DNA from: Geosiphon pyriformis uo1
Taxonomy: Eukaryota; Fungi; Glomeromycota
Reading direction: 5' to 3'
Length of the DNA: 64,000 nt
NCBI GenBank assembly: GCA_016748015.1
Contig: JAAOMT010000479.1
Coordinates: 337,824-401,823 of the forward strand
This document shows, piece by piece, positions 40,648 to 52,739 of this stretch. The notes beneath the pieces are model-generated. The model was not told the DNA's origin and ran no database searches. It saw only the letters and a program-made list of their open reading frames with translations. Position 1 is the first letter of the stretch, and each line of letters opens with the position of its first letter. Position numbers and translations under genes: made by a program.

Positions 40648-41829
40648 TAAGAACATATATAAGATAAGCTAAATTTTGCGATACAAACTTTTAGAACGTG
40701 ACAAGTTGGGTATGCAGGATTGTGTAACAAATTTCTTGAATTCAAAAAACCCGGGGTTAGCTGATATCTGTGTGCACTGACACTGAAAACCTTTTTAAAG
40801 TTTGTATGGAATTCTAAATTAAGTTCTTTTCTTTTGGAGTTTGAAAATAACTTTGAGGGTACTTGTAAATGCTTGGTCCCTACAATGTTACGTGTTATGT
40901 TATAAGCAAAGAGAGAAACTAAATATTTTTGCATTTCACTGACGACCCCTTGACTGCCTTTTTCGGAAAAAATGAAATGGAGAAAAAAGCCGAATTCACA
41001 TGAAAAAGTTTAAAAATTAAAAGACCTGGCATGATAGATAAATTATCCTGCATATATATGTATGAAAATTTTTGTAGCTAGCAAACCAAAATTAAAGGCA
41101 ATTTTTTGAAAGAAAGTTAAGTGCATAAAATACAAGGCCATAATTTTGAACTGGCAAACCATGAATAAAAATCAATATTTCAAAATATTTTATTATTTTT
41201 ATTATTTTTATTTTTAAATTTGAAATCAATTATTTAAATTTGTAATTTTGAATAAATGTAAAATATAAATAATTAATTGAAATATAAATAATCAAAAAAA
41301 GTTAAATTTAATTATATTTAACAAATATCTAACTTATATAAAAAATTTATAATGATAAAAATTAAAATAAAATTTTATTTATTATATTAAAATGTAATAA
41401 ATTTTTTAAATATTTACCAAAAACAAAAATTTAATTATTTTTATTCATCTTTATAATTAATTTATTAAAATTTTGTTTATTTTAATTTAAACAAATTATA
41501 AATACTAAGTTTAATAAATTTTTTTATAAATTAATTAATAATTTAATTTATTAATTATTTATTGTAATATGATATATTAAATTTATAATATAAAAAATAA
41601 ACTATTATAAAAAATTCAAGATTTTAAACTTAAAATAATTAATAACTTGGTTAAAATTTGTGAATATTAAAATTTATGGTTATATTATTCAAAAAAATAT
41701 AAAATTAGGTCGAATGCTATATAAGCCTGGTTTAATGCTAAATTCATATATAATATTTAATTTTGAAAAGTATTATTAAGTAATTTCCCTAAATTACATG
41801 ATTCTCGCAAAAAAAAATTACTGAGCAAA

Positions 41830-43716
41830 ATGATACTAAAGATTCTTTTTCCATTTCCATCTAAAAAAATTATTAAACCTATTAAGAGAAAGCTATTTTG
41901 GGAAATATTTAACTATTCACGAAGGACTCATTATACTTTACCTCGAAATGTGACCGCGAAACTTATCATATCGCGTCAAACTCTCACCCAACCTTTTCTA
42001 TTCCTGTCGCCCTCAGGCTCAAGAATAAGCCCTAGATTTATTCAAACTCGCCAATTTTGCTCAGACTCCGCTGCAAGCATTGGTTCCCCTTCTGAAACCG
42101 TGAAATCACAAGATCTCTTAAAAGTAGAAACCCAGTGGTTCAATTTATCATTCTATACCTTTAGACCAATTGATTCATCATCTTTAATCAAATTGCGTGA
42201 TACTATGATGGCACGGTTTTTAGAGTTTGGGATTTTGGGGAGAATATATATAGCTACCGAAGGCATCAATGCTCAAATGTCCTGTCCTCGTGAGAATATT
42301 GATTCTTTGAGAAATTATTGTGATGGGGAACTGGTTCAATTTTTTGAAAAGAGGAGGAATGATGACAATGAAGGTGGGCTTGTAGTCGAGGATGAAAAAA
42401 TAATTGGTGATTTCAATTATTCAACTTCATCTGGGCAGCGTGCCGCTTTTCGGAAGTTGACCGTCAAAATACGAAATCAAGTATATAAAAATACGAATTT
42501 TTATGAAATCTGTCTTGTTTTGTTGTGACAATAATACAAAAAATATATATAAGGCATGTTTGATTTCTAATTCTCTTCTTTTTTTAAAATTTTTAGATAG
42601 TTGTCGATGGTTTTCCTCCCAACTCCTATGACCTGAGTAAACAGCCTATTCACTTATCTCCGGATGAATGGCATCTTAAATTATCGATGAAACCACCCGG
42701 TGCCAAAACAATTCTGATTGACATGCGAAATCATTATGAATCGTGAGTAATTGTGACCTTTCTTATGGATGGAATGGGGGAAGTATTGCTATTTTGTTTA
42801 CAATGTCAAATAATACTTTGTTTTTTGGCTTCCCCCTTTCCATCAGTAATTGGGATCAATGAAATGTGGGAGAGAGGTGAATACGTTATTTTGATGCAAT
42901 TCATATTTTCCCATGATAATTTGATTATTTTTTATAATCAAAATTTGCATAATTTGCATTTAGAGAAATTGGATATTTTGAAAATGCGATACGTCCAGAT
43001 GTGGATACATATCGTGATAGCATTAAGGCAATGAATGAAATATGTGTCAGAAAACAAGACCAAGAGATCTTTATGTATTGTACAGGTATAGAGTATGAGA
43101 GATTTCTTGATTATTTAAGAGTTACTCACATTTTTTGATATTTGATAAAGGGGGTATTCGCTGCTCAAAAGCTGGTGCTATCCTGCGTTCCACCGGATTC
43201 GAATCTGTGAACGTTCTCAAAGGCGGGATTACAGCTTATGGGCGGTATATTACTTCGAATCCCCACATTACTTCACTCTATAAAGGTCGGAATTTTACAT
43301 TTGATCGACGTTTGGGGGAACCAATAACTAATGACATAGTCTCGGAATGTCATACATGTGGTCAGCCTTGCGACAAGCACACTAATTGCCGTCATAAAAC
43401 CTGCAATTTGTTATTTATTCAATGCAAGGATTGTAAAACGAAATTAAAACGCACCTGTGGCAATCCTACATGTCTTGAGATGGCTGAGGCTTGGGACAAA
43501 CATCATGGGGATGTTATTGCAACTATAGACCCTTCAGTACTGGAATCGATCAAATTCATCGACCCAGTTTTTGATGATGTTAAACCTGGACTTACCTGTT
43601 GGTATGATCATGGGCGTCGTACACGCCCTCGCTTGGTGATCGAAAGATTGGGCGGAAAGGGGCACAGTTTGAAAAGTGAGATAATCGAAGAGCTTCTCAC
43701 TCGACAAGCTCTGTGA
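41830..43716 (+). CDS. trhO: UPF0176/TrhO-family rhodanese-domain protein (TSTD2-like), probably mitochondrial; exons 41830-42480, 42597-42742, 42964-43085, 43151-43716
   Basis: GRIYIATEGINAQ, IDMRNHYESEIG, YCTGGIRC, LKGGI, FTFDRRL and a C-terminal Cys cluster; canonical GT-AG introns join in frame. Confidence 0.92.
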
Positions 43717-44265
43717 AATATTTATTCAAGATATCAAGAAATTTTTTGATTTCTTTTTGAATTGGTGTCATCAACATTAATTATTCTTTGGGGGTGGATA
43801 CCTTAAATATGAATATGGATTCAGAATATTTAACAGTAATAAAGGAGGGAACGCTTCAAAATCAGCTCCATTTTGCTTAATTTAAATCCAAATGAGAACC
43901 AAAAAAAAGATGAGTTTTATCATTAATGTGATTTATTTTTCAACTGATTTTTGATATTCACAATCTGACAAGGTTTTAAGAGTAGGTATTTTATAAATTT
44001 TACTTTCTATTTTACAATTCATTGAATTCTAATTCAATAGAAAATCTCGCCAAAGAATAAACTGCTTTATCGAGAAACATAGCCAACAGCAAAACAATAA
44101 TAATGATCTATCAACTACAGAATGAATCCTATAGGCTACAATTATAATTATCAATTAGGAATTTTAATTAGGGTCGAAATTTAATTAACAGCTAAGCCTA
44201 AAGTTTCCATAGTATAAATCAAACCCAGCTTTTTTACTCACATTGATTTCATTTCATTCGAGATT

Positions 44266-46070
44266 TCAGTTTATTGAAAACTCCGCCATTTCTGATTTTT
44301 TATCATCGACTTTGGGATCCAGTTGAGAAATATCTGCAACTCTTTCTTTTAAAGAATCTGTCGCTGTTTCCTCTCCTTTTCCGGAAACAATCGGAAATTT
44401 TTCAATTTTCTCGGTCATTTCTGATTCTAGAGTGAAAGTTTCCCATTTGTGATGGCGCACGAAATTCATAGTTAAAGGCTTTTCGTCGGATAGCAGTACC
44501 ATTAATTGAACCCGCTGAGGATTTTCTATTGACAGTATGAAAAAGGGATTCCAGATCCGTTATTACCGAGTTTTCTCCTTGAATATTGGCTTCATCTCGA
44601 TCAGACCCACCTGAGGCATCCTGAATATCTTGTGCGGCTTTCAAGTCTTGTCCACTAGATCGCAGCCAGTAAGACCAACATTGACCTGCAGTTTTGGACC
44701 TAACATGTTCGGCTATCTTAGCCCAATCCATTTTATAAATGGAAACTGCTTTCTCAAATGCTTCGGCTTCATCAACAGTCCAATAGATATCTCCATAACG
44801 ATACCTAACAGATGCCAAAGTCCGCCCTGGCAATCGCTCAAGGATTTTTCCCCAGTCTTCCCCAAATTCCTTAACTGCTTGGAAAAGCGTTTCATTTTCT
44901 TCCTTTGTCCAAGGTTTTTTGGAAGCCACTGGGGTATCGTACCTAACATGGATCTTTTCGATGGGTTTCTTAACTGCATTGTTCACCTCGGACAATTTCT
45001 TGTCAAGAATATCCCCCAAACGAGTTTCCAAAGAGTCTTGATATTTGGGTTCTTTTTGGGTATTTGGTTGAGTTTCTTTTGATTTCCACGGAAGACCTTG
45101 AGATCTTGATTGTGGTAATTTTTGCTCCAATCCTTTATTATTCATTAAATACTCAAATTTTTTTTGACAAGCTAAAGTTGATCTTGAAGAATTAAAGGAT
45201 TGGCTCGAAATTAGCTCGAAATTCTCGCCGTATTCTTCGACGCCTTTCATAAGTTTTTGAATTTCTTCAGAACTCCATGGTGGAAAATGGGAGAACTTTC
45301 TTTCGTATGCAATCTCTACAGAAGTGGGTGATCTTTTTGATTTAAAATGCTTTTCCGATATTAACTTCCAATTTTTCCCCTCTTTTGCGACACTTTCCAC
45401 GAGTAAAGCTCTTTCCTCATGGGTCCAAAATGGCCCCCTATATCCCGTATGAGATCCTGTATTTTGATTTTGGTATTTTGGCACAAAATTATTGCCTCTG
45501 TCGGTTGATTCAGAATCGCTATTTTTACGAAATGTGGGCAGTGATTGCTCTCCGCCTTGTAGATTTGGCACGAGTGCTGCCTGTCGAGAGGAGGGTGAAG
45601 ATCTGTTTTTAAAGGGTTAATTACATTAATTTAAAATATGTCCATGTTCCAAACAATCGAATTAATATTGCCCTAATGACCTATGGCTTTACTCACTCTT
45701 GCAAGTTTCTGGAGTGGCTTACTAGTTCTGGAGTATTCTTTTTATCGAAATTGAAGCGGCCAGATTCAACTGACCTATTCATATTTTGTCTATAAATAGC
45801 AGGCGTTCGTAGAGTGGGACGCAAGTCACCGCTGTTTTCGTTCTTTGAAGGAGCAATAGGAGCGTCAAAGGGAGAAGGCTTGAATTCCCGATTACCGGAG
45901 GTAAAAGGATCACCAGTTGATGGTATGTTAGGGTGTTGAGAAACATGAGAAAAGGAAGTGCCAAATGGATCAGGTGGTGAATATGTCACTTTGGAGTTGG
46001 ACAATTTTCTCTTGCACAACCATCTTCCTGGGTCACCCCAAACTCTGCGAATCTTTGGAATTTGTAACAT
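44266..46070 (-). CDS. Myb/SANT four-repeat protein; exons 46070-45697, 45602-44500, 44426-44266 (or a stop at 44402 if the last intron is retained)
   Basis: Four W(T/S)xEE..W/F..I..R(S/T) repeats (FWTHEE, PWSSEE, PWTKEE, YWTVDE); in-frame GT-AG junctions. Confidence 0.85.
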
Positions 46071-48180
46071 CTTTTAAAAGCTGTCTTGTTGGAACTTTGG
46101 ACGCGTAGTTTTGCAGGAAAAAATATACCTGGGGTCTTGAATGAACGTGACTCACAAAACCTATGAACATATCCCTTTATAATCTTTATATTGATTAAAC
46201 TGTAGTTTTTATAATAGGTTAAAAAATTGCTTTTTTACTTGTTAAATACATATAAAAAGATAATGTTCTTTAAAAAATAGTAAACTTTTTCTTTAGATAT
46301 TTACAAATTTACGTCAAATTTTTATCTTATTTGGATATTTTATTAAAAAAAATGCGTTGAGTAGAAGTACTGTATAAACTCATATATTTTTTTAGTTATA
46401 TAGAAATTATAAATATAAAATTGTATAAATTAATATAATACAATTATTTATTTATTTATTAAGAAAAACAAAAAACCCCAGTTTTAAAAAAACACAAAAC
46501 TGGTGGTTTTTTATAACTATTTTTTTTGGTATTATTAATTGAAATTTAAACCAAAATTAACCTTTATAATTAGTATTATTATTTAACATACATTAATTGT
46601 TTTATATTTATTATTAATTACCTATTAATTATTTAATTAATAATCTAATTTATGTAATACACAAATATAACTAATATAATAATCAGTTATGTAATATATA
46701 ATATATTAAAAGGTTTGTAGTAATTTGTTAAAATATTTAACAGTTTACCAAAATATTTAAATATATATTTAAATTTTAAAAGTTTAACAAAAAAATAATG
46801 CAAAAATTTGATTTAAAATACATAAAAAAAAACTTTTTTCTTTAAAAAAATGTATTTTATTTAACAATAAATATTTTAATTTAGAATTAATTATAATACA
46901 AATTGACAAAATATATTTTGAATAACTTATAAATAAATATATTTTGTAAAAATTTTAATTTATTTATATTATGACTATAATTATTTAAAAACAAAAATCA
47001 GTTATTTTTATAATTTTAATAATAAAAAGAATGTTAAGATTTTTTTAATTTAACGAAAAATTATTGTTTTAAAAAATGTTTTTAATATTAAATTAAATAA
47101 AAATTTTTTGATTATATAATTTAACATATTTTAATTTTCAGTTATTAAAAATACATAATACTTATTTTTATGTTTTAAAAAACTTTTAATATTACTATTA
47201 TAAAAATTGGCATTTTAAAAAATATTTTTAAATATTAATATTGCTATAAATATTAAAATTTTAAACTACTTTTTTGGATTAAAAAATAATCTTATTAAAT
47301 AATTTATAAGTTTTAAAATATTTATATTACTATTCAATTTGCTACTGTGTTTTATTTTGTTGTAAATAAATTAATTATAAAAATAATTTTTTTTAAAAAA
47401 CCAAATATAAAATTTGGTTTTAATAATTGTTAATTTAACTTGAAAATTTATAAAATTTATAATATTTGTTAATAAAAAAATTAGCAAAATTTGATTGTAC
47501 AATATAACTTAAAACAAAAAATTGTAAATGAAATACATTTATTTAAATAAAAATTAATAAGTTGTTTTTAATTTTTTAATTAAAATAGGTTTAATATATA
47601 TCTAAATAATTAGTTATATACAATAAATACATAATTTATACTTATCAAAGATAAATATATAAGTTATATACATAATTAAAACAATAAAAAAATTTATTTA
47701 ATTATGAGCTGTGTTTAATATGGAACATGTACATGTTGGATGTATTTAAATAGCAGTTGGATTACACCATATGTTTAAGCAATAAAAAAAATTAATTTTA
47801 CATATTTTATTTTATTAAAAAATAATTGTTAAATTATCACTATTTATATTAATTATTATACAATAAAAAGTTTTTTGCCATCAATTTTAATTATTTACAT
47901 TACAAAAAAATCTTTTCTCCTGAAACCGCCTTAATATACTCTAAATTTTTAATGCGTTCATAAACTATTTTATTATAAATATTAAAAATACAATAATTTT
48001 TGGTTTATTGAAATAGAAAACGTAATTATAGATTCAAAGCTGTAAAATCAAATTATTGAACATTAATAAAAATATTATTTTATATTATAGTTATCAATAT
48101 TAATATTTGCATTTTTACTTACAATAATTTTATAAAATAAGCTCAAGTTTATTAAGAAAACACATTCGGTTAATAAAACA

Positions 48181-48428
48181 TTCAAGTTAAGGAAACTGAA
48201 CAAAATGTGACATAAAACGTTAGCTTGGGCATGTGAACTTCTCAAGTTGAAGCAGAAAATTGTAATGACATCGGTATCTGAAACATACACAAGCAAGATG
48301 TGTAATCATTATGAAAATTTTGGTTGAGAATAAAGTGCGATAAATGTAGACTTCATATTAATCAAAATCTAAACAGCGCTCGAGAAATTTTTCTACGGGT
48401 ATTGCTTGGCGGAACCTTGGTCATATAA
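48181..48428 (+). pseudogene. Fanzor / IS607-type TnpB C-terminal relic (RuvC, Zn ribbon)
   Basis: RKLNKM*HKTLAWA..VSETYTSKMCNHYE / KCDKCRLHINQNLNSAREIFLRVLL*. Reverting A>G (AAT CAA AAT->GAT CGA GAT, etc.) gives YTSKMCNHCG..CDKCGLHIDRDLNGARGIFLR. Confidence 0.8.
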
Positions 48429-48716
48429 AATAACTATGTAATTGATTGATTAGCCTTAGCGATAGGTGATCGATTTAATATATCCAATAGGGACAGTATG
48501 TATAAATGATCACTTGAGAAGTTTACGAAATACGTGAACATTATTTTCTTAATCATTTTGAGACCATAGCTCTCTGTTTTAAAACCAAACAATTGCGGTT
48601 TATAATGCACAGAATTGATGAAAAAGAGGGGGCTCAACTGTATCAGATATTGAATTAAATATTGATCTAGAACTCTAGTCTGAATTTTCATACGTGGATC
48701 CTCGGGATTTTGTGTT

Positions 48717-51567
48717 TCATTCGTCTTTTAATCTACGATCTGTACAATCGATTCTTAGTAAACCCGCAGCCCCTCCTGAAGCTAACCACACGCCAGCGCA
48801 CTCATTAGGACACCAAGCGACCTATAACAACATCAAAAGTATGTAAAATGTGAAAATTTTTACTCGCAATACAGGTATATAATTTACCCTTTGAAGAGCT
48901 TCTTCGGGAGCAAATGACGGGGTAGGCATATTTTCATAAGTGATAGTGGGAAAGAGTGTCTCCTGAAAATCGAGGAGATAAAAACACCTGAGCAACGCAA
49001 GAATGATGAGGTTAATATCAACATAGGCGTATAGATTACCTCCGCTTTAATATTTTCCCATAGGCGAAATTGCATCTTAGCTTTATTCCATGTGAGGCGA
49101 TAAACAATTACTTGAAGTGGTCTCTGATTTATGATTGAAATAAGATTATTAATTTCAATTTAATTCTTAAATAAACATGATTGCTTACCTGTCGCCTATC
49201 TCTTAGTCGACATATATTAGTAATTTTCACGGTGCCATCAGTTGAACACGTTGCAATAAAAGGATGGTAAAAAGAACACGAAGTCCCCTACAAGAAATAG
49301 TCAATATAAAAGTAAAAGAAAATGTGATATAATTTAAAACTTGCTAAGTATTATACCCAGACATAGCCTCGATGAAGCACTATTCCAGTCGTTTTTTTGG
49401 GATCATCCATGCGAAGATAGCGCACAGAATTTTCGGAATCCGTAAAGGCTACACCTCCATAATTGCTTGCCCAGCAAAAAGAGACCAAAAAAGCTAAAAA
49501 GCATAAAACTCAATAGGCTGGCTTGTTTGAGCTTTCTATGCACAAGATTCTTCGATTAGAAAGATAAAATTCTTACAGCGAATCCTTTGGAATACGTGTT
49601 TTATCCACGGATCTCGATAGTCAAATATTTGTAATCTACCATCATGACTGCATGTCATTATGTGAGTAGGATCTTTAATCGAGTTCCAAGAAAGATCACG
49701 AACGCAAGAATTATGTGCAGCAACATAGCTCGCTGGATATAAAGCTTCAAAAAGAATTGGTCAATGTTTGGTTAATGAACAGAGCTGAATAAAATGGAAG
49801 GCATTTTTTTGCTTACCATCCTGACTCATTATGCCACCATTAATTTCCCATTCTGCTATAATACTTTCCAAATTCCAGATTGCTACATTTCCTGGAAAAG
49901 AATAAAAATCAGAAAATATGATATTATCTCTAGACAAAGAGGATCCATTACCGTTCGTGCAACCACTAGAAAACTTCGTATGGCCTCCCCAACTGAGAGT
50001 CCAACATAGAGTATCAGATATGGAAAATGTGAACAATGGCTTTTTAAATTTTACTAAATTTGATCAATGAATTAGGCATAAATTAAGTAAAAATGACATA
50101 TTTTACAAAAGCAAATTTACTGAAAAGGGGTTCTTGTATTGTGTTTTTCATCTTAAAATGTTGTCGAATGCTTTCTGGGTGTGGAACGGAAAAAAATCGG
50201 ATTGTTCCATCTCCGAAAGAACCGGCAAGAAGCCCCAGTCTTGAAAAAAAATTTCCATTTTCAATCAAGTCGATTTGCTATAAATCGGACACTAATTAAT
50301 CCGAATATTAAATTTAGTTTCTGCAGCAATAAGGTTTAGCTCACGTCATATGCCCCATATGGGCACCATTTCATATCGAAAGCACACCCAAATTCATGAC
50401 AGATTACAAGATCCAACTTTGGTGGCGCAACATCGTTTTCATATTGACGACAATCTATCCGCCAAATTTGAATGGCATTTTCCAATTCGGTTGTTTGGCA
50501 TTCCCCTATAGGATGATGCTCTTGGGTAGTACCCTTGAAGCCTGCGACAGCTAAGTACTGCTGATCTTAAAAAATATTATGGGGGCTTATTTAGCTAATA
50601 ATTGAAAAATATTATCAACCATTAATAAGATAGAGGTACCTGGGGATTTGATGGAAGGACACCATTGAATACACCAAATCGATCCGCCAGAATTTAAAAT
50701 ATATCCAGTTCTTGATGGGGATCGATTGTCTTGAGGTAAATTATAGCATCGATGGTTCGAGTAACTCAAAAGAAGTATAAAGCTTGAATTTCAGTGGAAT
50801 CAAGAAATATTTGGCTTACGGATTGGAAAGGATTGATATTGCGGTAATATTACAGGCTCTTCATCTTCTGGCCCTATGGTAACAATATAAGGTTCTTTTT
50901 GGTAGGGTAAATACAAACTTCCAGCCCTGTGTACAAGTAAAGTAATAAATCGATTCAGATGGCAAGATCTTTTGACTTCTAAATGACGCAAAAAGATTTT
51001 TCACACCCACTCTATAGGAAGAAGCTGGATACCATCCAGTTCAACTTTCAAATTGGGATACACTTTTTGAGGAAGCTCGTTGAGATTAATTCCCACTGGA
51101 CGCAAAAGATCTGTTTCAGGTCCAATAACTATTTCTTTCCATGTTTCCCCGAATACTTCTCCGACATCTCCACGTGTATATTCAAACTTATTATGAATCT
51201 TCTGCGTATGAGAGAGTCTGGTCTTTTTTTCGATGTCTACTTTCTCTACATCAGAAAGTGCCCCATCAGCCTCTTGACCATTATCAAGAAATTGTTCATC
51301 ATCAGAGATTTTCGAGGTCTTAGTGATACCGATTCCAGCTGCTTTTTTAAAATTCTGGGTTTTGTTTTTCTTGACAGGGAAATTATTTTTTCTTTTTACT
51401 TTAGGAGGCGTCTTTAATGATGCTTTTTCCTTCAAAAGTGTGCGTTTTTTCCTATTTGATACCCGCGTTGCTTTCATTTCGGACGAAGTAACTGTAAGGG
51501 CTTTATTCGAGCTTTTTTCAATAACACAATCACTCTCATCAATTTCCTCTGTGTTTTTTTTGACATA
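48717..51567 (-). CDS. TFC6: TFIIIC tauB WD40 subunit (Tfc6/Sfc6/GTF3C2), multi-exon, with its 5' end cut by Tc1
   Basis: GGSIWCIQWCP, YLAVAG, DMKWCPYG, RLGLLAGSFGDGTIRFF, C-terminal WLASGGAAGLLRI; exons read are open and have GT-AG borders. Confidence 0.82.
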
Positions 51568-52737
51568 CAGTCTGGGACAAAAAAAATTGGACAAAAAAAT
51601 GCATCTTACAAGATTTGATCTAGTTTAACCAATTTTGGTTAGATTGTGGTGAGGTTAGTTGGAAATGAATGCGAAGGTAAGTGGCTATTGGCTTATATAT
51701 TTTTTTTGTGCATTTTATTAATTTTTTTTTTAATTCTCGCGCGAAAATGGCAACATCCAAGCAAGAAATGCAACGACAAACAGTATTGTATTTTTGGAAC
51801 CAAGGAATACGAATTGCAGCGGAAATACAGAAGCGAACAAATATACCACGTTCTACTATTTACAATATTCTTAAAAAACTCGAAAAAACCGGGGTGGTGG
51901 AGCATGCAGGTGGAAATGGTCGGCCAAGAAAGATTAAAGGGGTTGCTTCGCGAGTATTACAATCGTACATCAAACGGGATTCCTCAATTTCAACGAGAAC
52001 TTTGACAACAAAGTTGTCAAAAATAAATGTAGAGGTATCCTATAGAACAATTGGGAGGCATTTAGCATTTCTTGGTTACAAAAAAGACCTTCCTCGGGCC
52101 ATCCCAATGCTTACTGATAAACATAAAGAGAGGCATTTGGAATGGGCTTACCAACACTTGAATGACAATTGGGACCGAACTGTTTTTACAGATGAAACGG
52201 CCTTTTGTTTATTCCGGAACACACTAGAGCATTGGTATAGAGGTTTACGGCCCACCCGTGCCATTCCAAAAGATCGAACAAAAGTCTTTGCTTGGGGTGG
52301 TTTCTATAAAGGAGGAAAGACAAGTTTATTTTGTTTTACTGGAATAATGGATAGTCATTTTTACATAGAAATTCTTCGTATTCACCTGCCTGAAATTAGA
52401 CGACTTGAACCCTATTGAAAACTTGTGGGCTATTGTCAAGAATAAGGTAGAAAAGCGAATGCCCGAAAATTGTGACTAGTTAATGCAGTTTATGGAAGAA
52501 GAGTGGCGGATGATTTCCGGATCTACCCTTATCGGGTTAGTAGAATCAATGAAACAGCATTGTGAGATGGTGATTGCGAATAAGGGGGAAAGAATATTAT
52601 ATTAATATTCTATTAATTTTTTTTAATAAAATAATGTGCTTTTTATCTTTCTAATGATATATTTTTTGTAAAATTTGGTCCATTAATTAAAGCACAATAA
52701 TTAGTTTTTTGTGTCCAATTTTTTTTGTCTTACACTG
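51568..52737 (+). mobile_element. Tc1/mariner (IS630-Tc1) DNA transposon, internally deleted
   Basis: TA TSDs at 51566-67 and 52738-39; ~26-bp imperfect TIRs CAGT(C/G)T(GG/AA)GACAAAAAAAATTGGACA. Confidence 0.95.
51747..52605 (+). pseudogene. Tc1-like transposase, non-functional
   Basis: HTH N-terminus, VFTDETAF, WGGF; a deletion at ~52402 removes the second catalytic Asp and frameshifts into DLNPIENLW; an additional stop follows. Confidence 0.9.
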
Positions 52738-52739
52738 TA

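Noticed and set aside
40647-40934. 95-aa ORF between the CDK and trhO genes
   Set aside because: No recognisable domain or splice support; lies in a divergent promoter region.
51681-52418. 245-aa ORF as an active transposase
   Set aside because: The second catalytic Asp is deleted and the C-terminus is frameshifted.
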